Of a stretch of 64,000 bases of DNA, positions 55,414 through 64,000 are shown piece by piece. How positions within the stretch are numbered: the first letter of the stretch is position 1; the number at the start of each line of letters is the position of its first letter. The notes under the pieces were generated by a model. It did not search any database. It saw only the letters and a program-made list of their open reading frames with translations, and was not told the origin of the DNA. The DNA is from an uncultured Erysipelotrichaceae bacterium. GTDB taxonomy: Bacteria > Bacillota_I > Bacilli_A > RFN20 > CAG-826. The stretch spans positions 3,727-67,726 of the forward strand of contig CAMGZU010000001.1 in assembly GCA_946183085.1 (NCBI GenBank), in the 5' to 3' direction. The translations under genes and the position numbers were made by a program.

Positions 55414-56820
55414 ATGCCGTATGACGTATCCGCACAAGAAGAGATTGCCGCCCGTCTAAACGAGACCTTGCGGGGCGAGCGTCTTTCCAAGCTCACCTAC
55501 CTCACTTCCGACGTCTGCTATTTCCATTTGAAGCGGCGGGAGAAGCTGGTGTTTTCTCTTCGCGGCAACGACCCCTACGTCTATCTTTCCAAAACCTTGG
55601 AGGATGTAAGTGGCATCCCCTCTTCGTTTTGCTTGATGCTCCGCAAGGAGATTCAAAACGCGGAGATCGACGGGGTTTCCTTGGTCAACCACGACCGCAT
55701 CTTCCGCTTTTCCTTGACGGCGATTTCCTCGACCTTCAAACCAATCGCCCGCTATCTAATCGCCGAGCTCCTTCCTGGCAAGACGAACCTCATCCTGTTG
55801 GATGAAGAGGAAAAGATCCTCGGCGCGCAGCGGATGGGCGAATTCGGCCAGAATCATTTGATTCTCCGTGGCGTCAAATACCTCCCGCCCGAGAAGATGG
55901 AATTCACCCCGAGGAAAGCGGAAGCCCCCTTCTCATTCGAAGAATACCAAAGCAAATCCGAAGCCAAGGAAGAGACCATCCTTTCCTTAAGGAAAAAGGA
56001 GCTCTACAAACCGCTTTTTGACTTCTTGAAACGCAAAGTCCGCTCGGGCGAGAAGAAACTCAAGATGCTCGAATCGGACAAAGAGAACGCCAAAACCCAC
56101 CTCAATGACGGGGATTATGGCTCCTTCATCTTTATGAATATGGACGCCATCGATCCGACCTCGGGCCATATGGATTATTACGGGGAAGACGTCAAACTCG
56201 ACCCAAGGAAAAGCGCATCTGCAAATGCGGAGCTCTTCTTTAAGCGCGCCAAAAAGAGCAAGACCGCCCTTAAGATGGCGGAAGAAAATCGCCTTAAGGC
56301 CGAAAAGGACCTAGAAGGTTTCAAAGCGGCGTCCATCTTCGTTGAGCATGCCGATGAAGCCTTTCTTAGCGACTTGATGGAGCATTATGGCTTGCGGAAG
56401 AGCAAAGCCAAGAAGAAAGGCGATGCCCTCATCAGCTCCGCCTCGCTCCCCTACTTCGTCTCGATCGACGGGACGACCTATCTTTTTGGGAAATCGATGA
56501 AGCAAAATGACTTCTTAACCTTCCATCTCGATACCTGCAAAACCCACCTCTGGTTCCATATCGAAGGCGACTCCGGCGCCCACGTCATGCTACGCAAAGA
56601 CGACCCGAGTCCGGAAGAAATCACCCTCGCCTCGGAAATCGCCATCGCCGCAAGCGAAGCGATCGACGGCACCGTCATGTGCGCCCTCCGCAAAGACGTC
56701 AGAAAAGGCAATGTCCCCGGCCAAGCCGTGGTCGCCGAATACAAGACAATCCGCGTCAAGCAGGTCTCCGAAAAAGTTCTCTCCGCGCTTGAAAACGCAA
56801 GGAAAATCAGCCTGAAATAA
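55414..56820 (+). CDS. rqcH: NFACT-family ribosome quality control protein (RqcH/FbpA-like), short form
   Basis: The NFACT-N region includes ..VNHDRIFRF... A coiled-coil middle is followed by a C-terminal NFACT-R/DUF814 domain (LWFHIEGDSGAHVMLR...GQAVVAEYKTIRV). Confidence 0.8.
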   Translation: MPYDVSAQEEIAARLNETLRGERLSKLTYLTSDVCYFHLKRREKLVFSLRGNDPYVYLSKTLEDVSGIPSSFCLMLRKEIQNAEIDGVSLVNHDRIFRFSLTAISSTFKPIARYLIAELLPGKTNLILLDEEEKILGAQRMGEFGQNHLILRGVKYLPPEKMEFTPRKAEAPFSFEEYQSKSEAKEETILSLRKKELYKPLFDFLKRKVRSGEKKLKMLESDKENAKTHLNDGDYGSFIFMNMDAIDPTSGHMDYYGEDVKLDPRKSASANAELFFKRAKKSKTALKMAEENRLKAEKDLEGFKAASIFVEHADEAFLSDLMEHYGLRKSKAKKKGDALISSASLPYFVSIDGTTYLFGKSMKQNDFLTFHLDTCKTHLWFHIEGDSGAHVMLRKDDPSPEEITLASEIAIAASEAIDGTVMCALRKDVRKGNVPGQAVVAEYKTIRVKQVSEKVLSALENARKISLK

Positions 56821-56909
56821 AGGAAAGCGTTTACATTTTCTCTTGTTTTGGTTTTTGAAAACATCGTGTTTATCGGTGTTTTTTCTTTTTAATTTGTGAA
56901 AGCGGTTTC

Positions 56910-56923
56910 TGAAAACGTTTTCA
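56910..56923. promoter_or_regulatory. Perfect 14-bp palindrome TGAAAACGTTTTCA (cre / LacI-family operator consensus)
   Basis: It matches TGWAANCGNTNWCA at every constrained position. It lies about 14 nt upstream of a candidate promoter TTGTGC-16-TATAGT (56937-56964). Confidence 0.4.
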
Positions 56924-57022
56924 TTAATCGTTGACGTTGTGCTTTTAAAAAAGAGGACTATAGTAACGGGCTGTTTGGGAAACCAAACGCAAAAAGCCAG
57001 TTGCTTCAAGGAGGTAACGACA

Positions 57023-57193
57023 ATGGAAAACTTCGAAAACAACCAATACGAAACTTACGGCGAATACGATGAGCTTCTCACCCAGGTCGCCAACGAAGGC
57101 CCGATCTTCGTGGACACCGAGATGGACAACGAACCGGCCCCCGAAGACCTCTATGGCTATCGCGCCGCGATCCAGAAGAGCCTCGCCCGCTAA
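57023..57193 (+). CDS. Small acidic hypothetical protein (56 aa)
   Basis: The ATG at 57023 follows the strong SD AAGGAGG with 7-nt spacing. The upstream part of the ORF-track ORF at 56939 has no RBS. Confidence 0.5.
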   Translation: MENFENNQYETYGEYDELLTQVANEGPIFVDTEMDNEPAPEDLYGYRAAIQKSLAR

Positions 57194-57238
57194 TTCAATT
57201 GCATTTTCATCCCGCGTTTCCCTTATATAATTAAGGCC

Positions 57239-58051
57239 ATGAAACGCATCACGCTTTCTCTTTCGCTCCTTCCCCTGCTCTTATCCTCCTGTTCCAATCA
57301 AAAGGGCTTCGGGAATTGGAAGAATGACGACCTCCCCTATCTTGACCGCAATGGCGACAACGCCATCGCGAACAAATGGACCTCCGTCAATGATTTGACC
57401 ATCACTGTCGAAGGCGAGGATCTTGTTCCCATCGTTGAGCGAGGTGAGAGCTTTTTCTTATGTTTTTCCAGGGAGAGCTGCTCGCATTGCCAAGCCATCA
57501 GCGAAGCGATGATCGCTTTCTTGGAGAAAAGCGACCTCGCCATCTATCGCAACGAGATGGCGACCATCTCCTCGATGAAGCGCTTCGTCGATCATTATTC
57601 GGACGTCGACCTCACCGCGATCTCCAACCATTACGAAACCCCGACTTTCTTCTTTGTGGAATCCATCCATCAAAAGCCGAAAGTCACTTATTTCCGCGTG
57701 GCCAACCTAGGAAGCGACTTCTCCGCCTTTTTCCAAGAGAAGTTCAATCGCACGGAAATCTACCATTTCTACGAAGAAAAGAACCTCGATGGCTTCTTGG
57801 GCAAGAGCGAGGAAGCCCTCTTGTATTTTGACGATGGCGAGCACGACGCCTTCTACCGCGAAGAGCTTCTCCCCCTCGCCAAAAAGAGCGATAAGCCCCT
57901 TCTTTTCGTCGACAAAAAGATGAACCACGCCCATATGGGCGGCCTTGCATCCTACAAAAAAGCGGCCGTTTCGCCAGCCGCTTCTTATGATTATCTTTCC
58001 TTGGATGATGTCGCTAACTGCAAAGCGATGATCCAAGACTATTTCGCTTAA
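57239..58051 (+). CDS. Lipoprotein with a thioredoxin-like CxxC (CSHC) motif
   Basis: It has a lipobox LLLSSC. FFLCFSRESCSHCQAISEAM resembles a thioredoxin-fold active site. Confidence 0.65.
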   Translation: MKRITLSLSLLPLLLSSCSNQKGFGNWKNDDLPYLDRNGDNAIANKWTSVNDLTITVEGEDLVPIVERGESFFLCFSRESCSHCQAISEAMIAFLEKSDLAIYRNEMATISSMKRFVDHYSDVDLTAISNHYETPTFFFVESIHQKPKVTYFRVANLGSDFSAFFQEKFNRTEIYHFYEEKNLDGFLGKSEEALLYFDDGEHDAFYREELLPLAKKSDKPLLFVDKKMNHAHMGGLASYKKAAVSPAASYDYLSLDDVANCKAMIQDYFA

Positions 58052-59270
58052 CGCTTCTTTTCGCGCGCCATTTCGGAGAAGGCTCTCCCTTCTTCGAAGT
58101 CTTTGAAGCGGGCGAAATAATAGATGTTCCCCATATCGTCGGCCAAATGGTCGGGATAGCGACCTTTCGCCATGATGTGCTCGCCCCCTTTTGCTAAGAC
58201 TTCTTCTTCGCTATAGACGTAGGCGATTTCGTCGCGGCGGGAGATCGCGAAGGAATAATATTTCTCCTTGCTCATGTCCTGACGGTTTTCGTTATAGGCG
58301 ACGATGTCGGCGTAGATCTCATAGACCGAGGCGGAGATGCCATAGTCGATGAGGTCTGGCGTATAGCCTCCCGGCGGTCGCATGTTGCATTCTAAGGCGA
58401 CGAATTCTCCTTTTTTGGCTAAGCCTGGCTTATCTTCGGTCAAGACGAAGAACTCGATGTGGAAGAAGCGTTTGCGGATTCCAAAGCTTTTGACCACCGC
58501 GCGCCCCGTCTTTTCGAAAGCAACGGGGTCAAGGTCTTGCATCGGTAGTTCAAAAGGGTTGGTGTAATAGTAATCGTCGGTATTTTCGTTGACGATCACT
58601 TCGGGCGGGATCGGGAAATGATCGGTGACGATGAAGGGGCAATTGCTCTCGTCGTCGCAAATGCCATCGAAGGAGACCACGACGCCCTTGATGTATTCTT
58701 CCATGATATAAGGGCAGGGAAGCTTTTTCTCAAAGAAGGCGTCAAAGTCTTTTTGGTCTTTTAAGCGATAAGAATCATTCGCGCCGACGCCGATGTCGGG
58801 CTTCACGAAAAGCGGGAAGCCGACTTCCTTTTGGAAGGCGATGGCTTTTTCTTTGTCCTCTTTGCCTTTTACGACGAGATAACGCATCGTCTTGGCCCCG
58901 GCTTTCTGGAAATATTCCTTCATCGCCGATTTGGCCTTGATCTTGCGCATGTCGTTTGGATGGAAACCCGTGGAGACGTTAAAGCGCTCCCTGAGCCTCG
59001 CGTCTTGCTCCAACCACCACTCGTTGTCGCTTTCGATGTAGTCGATGTGGCCGTATTTGTTCTCGAAATAGGCCACCGCCTTCTCCATCGCGGGATAATC
59101 GCCGAGGTCGGGGGTGAAATAATACTCCGTGAGCGCGCCGATTAAGCGCGGGTTCAATTCGTTATAAGGCGAATCGCCGATGCCGAGCACGCGGATGCCG
59201 CGCGCGGCAAGCGACTCCACCCACTTGAAATAACGGGCGGGGAAATTGGGAGAGACGAAGACGAAATTAA

Positions 59271-59274
<4 letters not shown>
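58048..59274 (-). CDS. ATP-grasp domain protein (carboxylate-amine ligase type, substrate unknown)
   Basis: It has the ATP-grasp layout: K..MK..F...G, FPLFVKPDIGVGANDS, and EFFV...G....LECNMRPPGG. Its start overlaps the atpC stop (ATGA). Confidence 0.75.
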
Positions 59275-61986
<2,712 letters not shown>

Positions 61987-61997
61987 GAGGTCCTCTT

Positions 61998-63502
<1,505 letters not shown>

Positions 63503-63506
<4 letters not shown>

Positions 63507-64000
63507 GCGTTGCCTCCTTCGTTTAAGAGTTGTTTTTCTAGTCCGAGCAGCTTGGCCCGGAGGCTTCCGTCATAGACCTTCCCTTCCAGGAAGACTTTGA
63601 CGCCGCCTAAGAGTGAGGATTGGACCGTGTTTTTCAAGATGACTTGGTGGCCGAGCTTCTTGGTGAAGGTCGTCTCCAATGTCTTAAGGTCCTTGGGGCT
63701 TAATTTCCTCGCGGAATAAACCAAGCCTTCGGAGATCTGGTTGGCTTCGTTGGCCAAAGTGGCGAAGCAAGAGAGGATTTCCCCAAAATGCGCCATCCGA
63801 CGATGCTTCAAGATGACTTTGAGGAATTCGACGAGGTGCGGGAGTTTGTATTCGCCAAACACCTTCTCGGCGATCTCCATTTGTTCCTCCTTCGGGATCG
63901 AATAAGAAGAGAGGAGCTCTAAGAATTCAGGATCGTCGTCAAAATGCTTCTTGATATCCCTAAGGGCATCGAGGTATTTGGCGCTTTCCTCCTTCCCGAC
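63503..64000 (-). CDS. atpH: F0F1 ATP synthase subunit delta, N-terminus cut by the window edge
   Basis: The frame of the listed ORF (63503-63880) stays open to nt 64000 (..[46 protein letters not shown]..). Delta subunits are about 175-180 aa, so the true start lies beyond the window. Confidence 0.8.

Overview
This window is chromosomal DNA from a Bacillota-type genome. The lineage looks Bacilli, Erysipelotrichia or Mollicutes-related, judged from gene content and synteny (an inference). By eye it is roughly 50% GC, uses the standard code (TGA is a stop), and is densely packed, with many 4-nt ATGA start/stop overlaps.

Most of the window is housekeeping:
- infC-rpmI-rplT behind an attenuator hairpin
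- ezrA, cysteine desulfurase, thiI and a nitroreductase
- rpsD and tyrS
- groES-groEL with a CIRCE operator
- a T-box-controlled metN-metI-metQ transporter
- trmB, pepV, an ECF S-component plus coaX, and leuS
- fruR-fruK-fruA-ptsH-ptsI as one co-directional block
- glgC-glgD-glgA and rpmB
- rpe, a Ser/Thr kinase, a PP2C phosphatase, rlmN and an rsmB-like gene
- priA, gmk and rqcH
- atpH(partial)-A-G-D-C followed by an ATP-grasp gene

Two patches look accessory:
- 27.2-31.7 kb holds a 549-aa ORFan, a 745-aa zinc-ribbon/TIR/coiled-coil/DUF6273-like fusion protein, a decayed YoeB toxin gene and an intact DinJ/RelB-type antitoxin.
- 37.9-42.3 kb holds a lipoprotein with two DUF6273-like domains, an AAA(DUF4143-type) ATPase plus HExxH-protein operon, and a 550-bp repeat-rich non-coding stretch.

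The best candidates for undescribed biology are the TIR fusion protein and the ATPase/HExxH pair (both possible defence modules). Next come an apparently circularly permuted MetQ, an RsmB-like protein that has lost its catalytic motifs, an HPr without Ser46, and a recurrent leaderless-type promoter/start geometry.

I recognised no rRNA, tRNA, CRISPR array, transposase or integrase. All family assignments come from reading the translations and from remembered motifs; no database search was run.
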